Virus record (IMG/VR): IMGVR_UViG_3300029309_000013
Coordinates: 1-64,000 of that record
DNA from: a virus
Direction: 5' to 3' (one strand)
Length of the DNA stretch: 64,000 nucleotides
The position numbers were made by a program, and so were the translations under genes. Of this stretch, positions 32,610-42,100 are shown one piece after another. Below the pieces are notes generated by a model, which had not been told where the DNA came from, searched no databases, and worked only from the letters and a program-made list of their open reading frames with translations. Position 1 is the first letter of the stretch. Each line of letters opens with the position of its first letter.

Positions 32610-33550
32610 ATGATAATATTTTAATTGTTGGCGGTTGTGGTTATATTGGAGGATTTCTAACAGATTATTTGAAATCGTTTAACTATAACATAACTGTATA
32701 TGACAATCTTTTGTTTGAAAGTAGGTTTCTTAAAGATTGTAACTTTATATTTGGAGACATTAGAGACACTGATAAGTTGTCCTCTATTGTTAATGACTAC
32801 GATACAGTCATTTGGTTAGCTGGATTAGTTGGTGATGGAGCCTGTGCTGTAAATCCTGAACTAACTAAAACCTTGAATGTTGACACAGTAAAATGGCTCG
32901 TAGATAATTTTAATGGAAAAATTATTTTTCCATCTACCTGTTCTGTGTATGGGATCAATAATGATTTGATTTCTGAAGAGGCAACCCCTAACCCTCTATC
33001 ATTATATGCAGCAACTAAACTAGAGGCAGAGCAATATGTTTTATCAAAAAGACAAGACGCTTTGGTATTTAGGCTGGGTACTCTCTTCGGCCTGGGAGAT
33101 AGACACTCAAGAATGAGGCTGGATCTTGTTGCTAACATATTGTCTATGAAGGCCGCAAATGGACTCCCTTTGACCGTTTTTGGCGGAGAGCAGTGGAGAC
33201 CACTTCTGCATGTTCGGGATGTCTCTACGGCCATTCTGCACGGCTTAAAGAACAACATCTCTGGTCTTTATAACTTATCCTATGGAAACTATACCATATC
33301 TCAATTAGCTGATGAGATTAAGCTTGTAGTTCCTGATTGCGAGGTTGAATACACCGACATGAAATTTGAAGATTTGAGAAACTACAAAGTAAAAAATGAA
33401 AAATACATCAACACTGGCTGGACGCCACACTACACAATTAAAGATGGAATAGACCAGATCAGCTCGTTAATTAAGGAAAATAGAGTAAAAGATTTGAATG
33501 ATTTGGTTTATTCTAATGCTGCATACATGAGGAGAATAAATGATTTCTAA
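32606..33550 (+). CDS. NAD-dependent epimerase/dehydratase
   Basis: GGCGYIG, STCSVYG, YAATK, RPLLHVRD. Confidence 0.9.
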   Translation: MNDNILIVGGCGYIGGFLTDYLKSFNYNITVYDNLLFESRFLKDCNFIFGDIRDTDKLSSIVNDYDTVIWLAGLVGDGACAVNPELTKTLNVDTVKWLVDNFNGKIIFPSTCSVYGINNDLISEEATPNPLSLYAATKLEAEQYVLSKRQDALVFRLGTLFGLGDRHSRMRLDLVANILSMKAANGLPLTVFGGEQWRPLLHVRDVSTAILHGLKNNISGLYNLSYGNYTISQLADEIKLVVPDCEVEYTDMKFEDLRNYKVKNEKYINTGWTPHYTIKDGIDQISSLIKENRVKDLNDLVYSNAAYMRRINDF

Positions 33551-33953
33551 GATATCTGGTGGACTATTTGCTGATGATAGAGGTTTTTTGAGATTTGTGA
33601 ATGATTTTAATTTCTCAAATATAAAGAGATTCTATCAAGTGGAAAATCATTCAAGAGGATACATTCGTGCATGGCACGGTCATAACAAAGAATCAAAGTA
33701 TGTTTACGTCGCAAAAGGTTCTGCTTTAGTTGGAGCTGTTAATTTGGAGAACGAAGAGGTTCATAAATTTACTCTTTCTTCGCAATCCCCAGCAGTTTTA
33801 CACATTCCAGCCGGCTTTGCAAATGGTTTCAAAACACTAGAGGAGGATACGATAGTTATGTTCTTTTCAACTTCTACTTTAAGTGAGAGCCATGGGGATG
33901 ATATTAGGTTCCCTTGGGACAAATGGAACATTTGGGAGGAAAATTACAGATGA
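33540..33953 (+). CDS. rmlC: RmlC-like cupin sugar 3,5-epimerase/isomerase
   Basis: DDRG, RAWHGH, IPAGFANGF. Confidence 0.75.
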   Translation: MISKISGGLFADDRGFLRFVNDFNFSNIKRFYQVENHSRGYIRAWHGHNKESKYVYVAKGSALVGAVNLENEEVHKFTLSSQSPAVLHIPAGFANGFKTLEEDTIVMFFSTSTLSESHGDDIRFPWDKWNIWEENYR

Positions 33954-34240
33954 CCTTTTCAGAATATTACGAACACTACCTGACTTTACATACAAATAAG
34001 TGGTGTCGCCGGCTTCATGTATTAGGGCAATTGTTCACAATTGCGTTTGTTGTCCTTGTAATTAACTATTCGCTCTATCCACTATTAATCTTAGGACCTT
34101 TCATTGTATATCCTTTTGCGTGGAGTGGGCATTTTTACTTTGAAAAGAACAAGCCAGCAGCTTTCTCGCGTCCTATTTGGGCAAAAGCTTGCGACTGGAT
34201 AATGCTAAAAGATATTTTAATTGGGAGAATCAAATGGTAA
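33950..34240 (+). CDS. Mpo1/DUF962-like membrane protein
   Basis: YLxxH...RRLHVLG...AWSGHFYFEKNKPA. Confidence 0.8.
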   Translation: MTFSEYYEHYLTLHTNKWCRRLHVLGQLFTIAFVVLVINYSLYPLLILGPFIVYPFAWSGHFYFEKNKPAAFSRPIWAKACDWIMLKDILIGRIKW

Positions 34241-35055
34241 AGGTAACTATTTTAGGCAGCACCGGCATGCTAGGTAATTCTGTTACAAGACAGCTTATTT
34301 CGAATGAAAACTTTAACGTAACAACATCATTTAGAAAGGAACAATTCAGACAAAACGAAAATTCTTTCTATTTTGATGCTCTTACAAGTAGACTTCAGGA
34401 TTTACCAGACAGCGACTATATTATAAATTGCATTGGTATTATTAAACCATATATGAACGACAATCCTCTTAATGCAATTAAGATTAATTCATTGTTTCCA
34501 AGAAATCTTGCAAATTGGTGCAAAACTAATAACACTAAGCTAATTCACATCACTACTGATTGTGTATTTTCTGGTCAAACTGGTCGTTATGATGAGAGTA
34601 GTTTGCATGATTGTATAGATGAATATGGTAAATCAAAATCCCTGGGAGAGCCAACAGATTGCATGACGATTCGAACTAGTATTATTGGGGAAGAGATCCA
34701 TAGCAACAGTAGCCTTGTTGAGTGGGTTAAGTCCCAAAAAGGAAAAACAATTAAAGGCTTTACAAATCATTTCTGGAACGGAGTAACAACATCTCAATAT
34801 GGAAAAATTTGTTCACAAATTATAACAAAAAATCTATACCAAGAAGGCCTATTTCATGTACACTCAGATGATCTTAGTAAGTATGAATTGGTCTCTATAA
34901 TCAATGATGTATATGATTTAGGTATTACAATTGAACCATATAGCACATCAAATTCGTGCGATAGGACCTTAAGGACCAATAAGGAACTAAATAGCGTTCT
35001 AAGTATCCCAACTCTAAAAGAGCAAATTATATCAATGAAAAACTTGACGATATAA
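34234..35055 (+). CDS. rmlD: dTDP-4-dehydrorhamnose reductase-like SDR
   Basis: GSTGMLG, INCIG, HITTDCVFSG, YGKSK..GE, RTSIIG. Confidence 0.85.
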   Translation: MVKVTILGSTGMLGNSVTRQLISNENFNVTTSFRKEQFRQNENSFYFDALTSRLQDLPDSDYIINCIGIIKPYMNDNPLNAIKINSLFPRNLANWCKTNNTKLIHITTDCVFSGQTGRYDESSLHDCIDEYGKSKSLGEPTDCMTIRTSIIGEEIHSNSSLVEWVKSQKGKTIKGFTNHFWNGVTTSQYGKICSQIITKNLYQEGLFHVHSDDLSKYELVSIINDVYDLGITIEPYSTSNSCDRTLRTNKELNSVLSIPTLKEQIISMKNLTI

Positions 35056-35072
35056 CTTAAATGAGTTATAAT
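35044..35072 (+). promoter_or_regulatory. sigma70-type promoter (drives the late-sigma operon)
   Basis: TTGACG-17bp-TATAAT. Confidence 0.8.
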
Positions 35073-35102
35073 ATAGTAAATATTTCATATAAGGAGATAA
35101 AA

Positions 35103-35303
35103 ATGAAAGACCACAAATTATCAAACCAAGCAGTTGGGGCCATTATGATGGCCTTGCAAAAATCCCTTCTGGAGCAGTCCGATATTACACCGGTTCTCCG
35201 AGGTTTCAAGGTACAGGTGGACGATGCAGGGGAACTTGTAATTGTAAACCCACCAGTTGTTCAAGCCAAAGCTAATGTTAATATTTTAACCGGTGATGAG
35301 TAA
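35103..35303 (+). CDS. Small conserved hypothetical protein
   Basis: AAGGAG RBS; LSNQAVGAIMMALQK..NPP. Confidence 0.7.
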   Translation: MKDHKLSNQAVGAIMMALQKSLLEQSDITPVLRGFKVQVDDAGELVIVNPPVVQAKANVNILTGDE

Positions 35304-35566
35304 TGCCCAAGTATGTTTACAAATGTAAATCATGCGATCAACATTTCGAGGTCTATCATGGTATGAGCGAAGAACAAGAAACTTGTATCTTCTGCCCTAC
35401 CAAAGACCTCGTTAGGGTGCCTCAAATGCCCCATATTAGCCGCGAAATTAAGTCGGAAGGTAGTAAGGCCGGCGATAAAGTAAAGGCCGCTATAGAGGAA
35501 AATAGAGCCATTCTAGAAGAGGCTAAAAAAGACGCTAGAAGCACTCTCTATGGAGAAGAAAAATGA
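35303..35566 (+). CDS. FmdB-type zinc-ribbon protein
   Basis: MPKYVYKCKSC..FE....M....CxxC. Confidence 0.85.
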   Translation: MPKYVYKCKSCDQHFEVYHGMSEEQETCIFCPTKDLVRVPQMPHISREIKSEGSKAGDKVKAAIEENRAILEEAKKDARSTLYGEEK

Positions 35567-35949
35567 CTTTATCAATTTGGTTATCGATAGCACTCGCATT
35601 TTCTGTGGGTGTAAATTTACTTTTGCTCTTATTCTCAGTCCAAAAGTCTAGACAGGTTGTCGCTTTTTCTGAAAACATCACTGAACTTATTGATCTTGTT
35701 GGTAACTATAGAGATCATTTAAAGGTTGTTTATGAACTTGAAGCCTTTTATGGAGACCCAACTTTAGAGTCCCTACTACAACACACAATAGAGATATCAA
35801 AAATATTAGAGGAAGACTTTTCAGAGTTTGAAGATTATATAGCTGAATATATTTTAGAAGAGGAGCAGCAAAATGGCGAGACGCAGACGGAAGAACCCAT
35901 CCGAGAAAAGGATGTACTTTACGCAGGAGCACGAGAACGCAATAATTGA
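35563..35949 (+). CDS. Membrane-anchored hypothetical protein
   Basis: N-terminal TM helix; YELExFYGDxTL. Confidence 0.7.
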   Translation: MTLSIWLSIALAFSVGVNLLLLLFSVQKSRQVVAFSENITELIDLVGNYRDHLKVVYELEAFYGDPTLESLLQHTIEISKILEEDFSEFEDYIAEYILEEEQQNGETQTEEPIREKDVLYAGARERNN

Positions 35950-36571
35950 GTATTGTAAAACTGATGATAGAAAAGTAAAAGAGCAGCTTTACATCAAATG
36001 GATTCAACCGGCTTTCAACGAAATGGTTGATAAAATTGTGTTTGCATACAAGTTTACTAGTCTACCAAACATCGACGATTTAAGAATGGAGTGTAAGGTC
36101 TGGCTCACAACAATTCTGGACAAGTACGATCCTGGAAAAGGCTCCAAGGCATTCTCATACTTCTCAGTAATAACTAAGAATTGGTTTATTCACAAGGTAA
36201 AAAAGAACACAAAAAGACTTCAGAGAGAAGTTCCATATGAAGAAGCAGAGCTTGAATTAGAAACAACTTTCGTAGATCCCGGTCAAACATACTTTGTCGA
36301 GACAATCAAAGCAGAGTTTTGGGATAATTTATGGGTTGAGATTGATACTTGGGATTCTGATTTTGAAAAAGATCAAGAGCGTAAAGTTTATGAAGCTGTT
36401 AAGGTTATTCTAGAGTCTGCCGATCAAATCGATATTCTTAACAAGAAAGCGATATACCTTTATCTAAGAGAACTTACAGGCTTGAACACAAAACAGGTCG
36501 TAACTCAACTTAACAAAATGCGTTCAAGATATCATATGTTTAAAAAGGACTGGGATGAAGGTAAAATCTGA
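35873..36571 (+). CDS. Phage late-transcription sigma factor (T4 gp55-like)
   Basis: YFT..HE.AI..Y, DDL..E, KYDP.KGSKAFSYFSVITKN (sigma region 2). Confidence 0.75.
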   Translation: MARRRRKNPSEKRMYFTQEHENAIIEYCKTDDRKVKEQLYIKWIQPAFNEMVDKIVFAYKFTSLPNIDDLRMECKVWLTTILDKYDPGKGSKAFSYFSVITKNWFIHKVKKNTKRLQREVPYEEAELELETTFVDPGQTYFVETIKAEFWDNLWVEIDTWDSDFEKDQERKVYEAVKVILESADQIDILNKKAIYLYLRELTGLNTKQVVTQLNKMRSRYHMFKKDWDEGKI

Positions 36572-36591
36572 CTAAAATTCTAGTTATCTGT

Positions 36592-36891
36592 ATGAGTAAT
36601 AGCAAAAAACACATTAAACAAGCGATTGATAATATAGAAGAAGATCGTAAAATCACACGGGAGTTGCTTGATGATGCCATCAAGTGGCTCGCTGTTGACG
36701 AAGCGAGACATAAAGAAATTGGCGTTGTTTTAGCCAAATATGTAGAAACCCTGCAGAGGTCTAACGAGCAGTTAGTAAAACTGTGTTCTCTCATGTCTAA
36801 GAATGAGGATACAGATGAACTAACAGACAAAGACTTCGCAGGGATTTTTGATGCCATACAAAATTCTGAAAAAACGGAGAGTGATAAGTGA
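36592..36891 (+). CDS. Coiled-coil hypothetical protein
   Basis: KYVETLQRSNEQLVK; CTAGTTA just upstream. Confidence 0.7.
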   Translation: MSNSKKHIKQAIDNIEEDRKITRELLDDAIKWLAVDEARHKEIGVVLAKYVETLQRSNEQLVKLCSLMSKNEDTDELTDKDFAGIFDAIQNSEKTESDK

Positions 36892-38072
36892 GCGGTCCTT
36901 TTGATCAGAGTAGCATCGCGGATGATAAAGCATTAAATCTACAGTTGAAAGAATTAACGGTAGACTTAATTTATGATAACTATTACAGTAAATTCAAGAA
37001 TAAATCTGTTTTTAAGGCAGTGATATTGTCTGGTTATGTTACTGGTAATGCAACTGTTGATGACCCTGGTGATGCTGATCCTGCGACTTTTCCTAAGAAA
37101 TATAAACTAAGACCAATAGAGATACATGATCTGTTTTTACCAGATCCTTTAGAAGTAAAAGAAAATTCAGAGAACAGCTTCTTGCAGTTTAAACGTCTAG
37201 TGAAGCTACATCCATTCGGTTTCCCGGAAATGGATATAGAAAATAACGCCAAAGCACAATATGTTTATGGTGATATAGTAACGTTTAGATTTGAAGAGGG
37301 TCCGTCAAGTAGGGGTTTCCTTAGATCAATAAGGATAATTCAAAAGGTTGACCATGTAACTGGACTCTTGCCTTTTCAAAAAACCCTAGGGTCAATTACG
37401 TATGAACCAGGCGCCAAGGATGCGTTAGATAATGGTGGTGCCACAACAGCTGCTGAAGCCAAGAGAGAAAAAGATGCTACACCATCGGAGACAAGCAGCA
37501 CTGGTCATAGAGTTTCGTGGTCAGCAAAGCCGGGAGTTGTACTCACCACTGCCGCACAAAGAAATTTTTTAGATAATTTAACCAAGAGGTTATCAAAAAC
37601 CTCTTGGTCTAAAACATTAATAGTAAACAGTGGAACCAGATCTCCCAGTGCACAAATGAGAGCGATCATCAAGCAGTATGATAAAAGAGCATCCTGGTTC
37701 GACGATAAATATAAGAAATGGACGCCATACCGATCTGAAATTAAAAAAATATTGCAAAATAAAAGTATAGATAGAATAAAGACTGGAGCAGATGTTATTA
37801 GAAAAGCTATAAGTGCAGGTAGATATATGTCCCTCCACAATATTGGTCTTGCGGTTGATATTCAAACTATAAATTTTACTTACAATGAAGTAGTGGCTCT
37901 TCTAAAGGTAATAAGAGACATGCAGCAACCAACATATGTACGTTGGGAAAATATTGAAGGTAAGCGCAACACTCAATCAATGGAGAAGCGCAGATCAGGT
38001 ACCGTTAAATCCATTGCCTACGAGCACCTCCATATAGGACTTTCAAATATTGTCGATAAGGAAGATGAATAA
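36888..38072 (+). CDS. Baseplate-hub-associated protein with C-terminal M15/Hedgehog-like zinc peptidase
   Basis: NSGTRS..Q, SLHNIGLAVDI, EHLHI; lies before the spike and gp25 genes. Confidence 0.7.
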   Translation: MSGPFDQSSIADDKALNLQLKELTVDLIYDNYYSKFKNKSVFKAVILSGYVTGNATVDDPGDADPATFPKKYKLRPIEIHDLFLPDPLEVKENSENSFLQFKRLVKLHPFGFPEMDIENNAKAQYVYGDIVTFRFEEGPSSRGFLRSIRIIQKVDHVTGLLPFQKTLGSITYEPGAKDALDNGGATTAAEAKREKDATPSETSSTGHRVSWSAKPGVVLTTAAQRNFLDNLTKRLSKTSWSKTLIVNSGTRSPSAQMRAIIKQYDKRASWFDDKYKKWTPYRSEIKKILQNKSIDRIKTGADVIRKAISAGRYMSLHNIGLAVDIQTINFTYNEVVALLKVIRDMQQPTYVRWENIEGKRNTQSMEKRRSGTVKSIAYEHLHIGLSNIVDKEDE

Positions 38073-39100
38073 TGTTTCCAGATAAAAATAGCATCAGTGA
38101 AGCCGGAAAAACAGTAGACGGCTATTACATAGACTCTCAGGAGCTTGTCCCTGTGGGGGCCACCCCTGAGATAGAAAAACAAATCCAACAACGAATTGAT
38201 GATGGTCTTGTGATGAGTGGTCAATATTTGACCAAAGATGTTGATGATATACCTGTGTTTGGGCCACTTGGAGATTGTGAAATAGTATTCGCTAGGAAGG
38301 TTAGCAAGAAAGGACATCAAGGTTCAAGAATTGTGTTAACAAGGGATAACTATGGACATCGCGGCACTGGCTTTGGTGGTATGGGAGCAACACGCTGTGA
38401 GGCAATTGATATTGTTGCTGGATCTTTGACCGGTGAAGAGAATAAAAAAAACTCAACAATCCAAGCTCGAGCTAGCTTTATTAATGATGCTGCTAGAATA
38501 TATCTCACTGAGAGAGGCGATATTCAAAGGTACTTTGGACTACCAGTTGAAAACAGATCCAATTGTTCGGTATCTTCTCTTAATAAATCTGGTATAGGCA
38601 TTAAGGCTGATCATACCGCTATTATTGGTAGAGAGAAGATAACAATTTATGCTGGCTTTGCTGTTAATGCTGACGGTAAAGAGAATCTGACCAGCTTTTC
38701 CGAGTCACCACGTCCAAGAATTGAATTATCTACTGGTGCATCAAAAGGAACACAACCAGCAGTCCTTGGTAACAATCTGGAGGATGCGATAATAGTAGCA
38801 AGATCTGAAAGAGAAGGTTTATTAAAAAAGATACAAGAAATAGAAACAAGTCTTGTTAAACTGTACATCGCTTTAGGGGCACATACCCACCCAGTAGTTG
38901 CTCTTGGTGGCGGTGTAGCATTACCGTCACCTGACTTGATTGGTAATGTTGTGCAAAAATTCCCAGAGTATGGTAAGAAAACAGTCACCAACACAATTGA
39001 TCTGATTAATCAACAGATTGAAGCACTAAACTCAAACGGCTTGACTATAGCAAAGGGCGGAAAAGCACTAACCAGTGATTCTGTATTTATTGGAGATTAA
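38072..39100 (+). CDS. Putative baseplate central spike (gp5-C/gpV-like)
   Basis: IDIVAG, DAARIY, IKAD..I.GRE, PAVLG..L, HTHP tip motif. Confidence 0.65.
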   Translation: MFPDKNSISEAGKTVDGYYIDSQELVPVGATPEIEKQIQQRIDDGLVMSGQYLTKDVDDIPVFGPLGDCEIVFARKVSKKGHQGSRIVLTRDNYGHRGTGFGGMGATRCEAIDIVAGSLTGEENKKNSTIQARASFINDAARIYLTERGDIQRYFGLPVENRSNCSVSSLNKSGIGIKADHTAIIGREKITIYAGFAVNADGKENLTSFSESPRPRIELSTGASKGTQPAVLGNNLEDAIIVARSEREGLLKKIQEIETSLVKLYIALGAHTHPVVALGGGVALPSPDLIGNVVQKFPEYGKKTVTNTIDLINQQIEALNSNGLTIAKGGKALTSDSVFIGD

Positions 39101-39102
39101 AG

Positions 39103-42100
39103 ATGGCGAGTGAAATAAGACAAAAGCAGACTGATGTATGTGCGGATATCCCAAAGGATACTCCATTAAAAAAGATATGCCCAACATGTAAGCCCAATCC
39201 AAACTTTATCGAACCAAATTGGGTCACTTCTACCAAACCTTTTCTTAACGAAAAGAATTGTGAATACGAAATCACTGTTGATACAAATGAAGCAGGAGAT
39301 ATCTTTACAGCCGAAGCACTGGCCTCAGAGTTTGATCTTGATACATATCTAAGAACATTTGTGATACCTGGTATAAGATTAATGCTTAGGTACTACGGTA
39401 AATTAGAGCTTAACCAATTATTGTATGCATCAATCCCAGGATTAACAATAGCAGGTCTAACAGCAGAAGAGCTACTTCGAGCATACCCAACATATGAATC
39501 GGCTTTCGAGCAATTAATATCTGAAAATGAACCATCCGCAGCAGACCTTGCAGCAGCTGTGATACAGATTCCTACCAAAGAAACAATAACAGACTATTCC
39601 GGAGACACCTACGACATATTCAGGCTAGATCCAACCATTGTAAATAATCCCGCAATAACCAATCCATTTGCTCTTGAAATTTATGCATACCCAAAAGACT
39701 TTGATATTGATCCGATAACAGGCTTGGGAAAAGTTCGTGTAGCGATCCCTGCATTTATTTTTGATAAGGTACCAGAAGCTCCTGGCGTTGCAGAATTGCA
39801 AGTAGAAGCTAGCGAGACGGAAGATTATGTTGAGATAAAAGCAGAAGAGGCGTTTGCTATTTTTACTAGATTCTCAACTGCAATGACGATCTACGGATCA
39901 TACCAGTCCTATTGGTATAGTCAAAACCCAGAATCTGAGATTCAATTTAAAGAATCAGGCGACCCATACTATGCGATTGATTATGCTACTTTGGGCATCA
40001 ACTTCTTTAATGATCTAGCAAATCTCGCATTCGCAAATATGCCACACACAGAATTGTACAAAGTTAAGATAGAGTTTGATAATTCTGACCCTGATAACAT
40101 GTATAAGATCACTAACGTAAAGGGTCGTCTACGAGGCTGTAAATACCAGAACTTTACGAAGGGTGGAATTGAAAATTTTAAACAAAAGTACTCAACAAGC
40201 AAGAAGACCCCACTAATGGGTTATGTGGCTAAAATTAATCTCATAGATATTGATTTAACAGCAAGACAGTCTTATCCTTGGCTTGATTTCATTATGAAGT
40301 ATACATTTCCGGTAATACATATCAATTATGGTGCCTTGTCTCAAGAGAGTCTACAAAAGAACGGCCTTGGTTGTGTTGTTGATGGCCTAATTACTAGCGG
40401 TGAGAGTATTCGAGATTACATTTTAAACCAAACATTGTCTCTAAGCGAAATACTTCAGTACGAATTTAATACAAAAAATTGTGCTGCCCTAAAAGATCCC
40501 ACAAACCAGCCTGAGTTTAAGTTTTCTCAAGAATTTACCAAGCCTTTTAGTGATGCTAAAAAGGCAAGCACAGAGGCTAAACAATCGGTTGCACAAGAGT
40601 ACGCGATAAAGATTGAAGAGAAAGAGAAACAGTTGCCTATTGCATATCAGCATGCCAATGAATTGACTCATGCGTACCTAGAGGCACTACAAGAATATAA
40701 TGCTGCAGCCTCTAGTCCTGATTATAATGAACAGCTTCGTTTATACGCTCCTCTCAAAGAATTAGAAGAGCAAATAAATGCAGCAATCCAAGCAGAGGCA
40801 GTAATCAAAAAAGATATTCAGAAACTAAAAAAAGAAGCGAAGAAAAAAGCAGCCAGTGCTGGAAGATCAGCTGCATTTAATGCCTTTAGAAACGCCGGCC
40901 CCTTCAACGACAGGAATCTTGAAAACTCAAGAATCTCTGCTGTGGAACAATTTACATCTCAGAGCAGCTTACTCGAGAGTATAGTGGATCTAGAAACTTT
41001 TGGTAAGACCGGTAAATTAAACTTTGGTAATTTTGATGGACAATCAAAAGAGGCAAAGGGTGACTCTATTAAGAGAATGTCTCTTTGCAATATTAGGTCT
41101 TTATCTAACAAAGCTGTTAGGTGTCTTTTGTCTGGTGTAACTTACGAAGATGCACTGAGAAAGCTAATAAAAACTGTCCTAGAATCTTACGATATTGATT
41201 TGATAGGCATATTCATTGAGGGTTTACCATACGAAGAGCAACAAAAACTTAGAGAACAATATGAAAGAGATTTCGGAAACCTACCACTACCATGGGAATC
41301 AGGCTATGATCCTGGTGCTCTATCGTCTACAAACCCATACATAAAACATAAGTCTCGCGACCCAGAAAATGTTTTTCAGGTAAGAACTGCAATCGAGAAA
41401 ACAAAACTCGACACACAAAAAATATCAGACCTTGAACAAACAATAGAACAGATAGGGTCACAAATAAAGAAATTTGAAAAAGACTTGTTAACAATTGAGA
41501 AAAGTATTCAAGATACGACACAAGAGTTCGCAGCCTTTGAGAGAGGAATGCTCGCTGCCGCCAAAGCGGATCTTGTTCCAGGACCATTCGGCTCAGCTTA
41601 TGAAGCACATCTAGCCATAGAGGAAAAGCAAACAATTTTTGATGCTAAAATAAAATCATTTCAAGATATGTTAGTGCAAATCAATGAAGAAATAGATCCG
41701 CTAGTTCAAAACAAATTTAACTTAGAAAGACAACTGGATGGTCTTAGGTCTGGCTTAGAGCTTGATCCTGAGCTTCAAACTAGAATTGATCAATACAATA
41801 ACCTATCAGATGAAGAAAAAAAAGAGACCAATAAGCAAGTGGCCGACGAATTAGCTCGTAATATAGGAGCAGGTTTATTCCTTGCTGATCCAAACGATCC
41901 TCACACACCGGGTACTTACGGTAAAGCCCTTGGTAATATGCAAAAAGCTATCACCCAAGCATACATTAACTATGCTTTGGACTTAATCGATTATGATGTT
42001 TTAATGAAAAGACTAGAGAGATTACCTGGCCCTCCGGTTATACAAAGAATATTAAAATCAGTTAGTTGTACATATCAGGGATTATTTTACCCACCGATAG

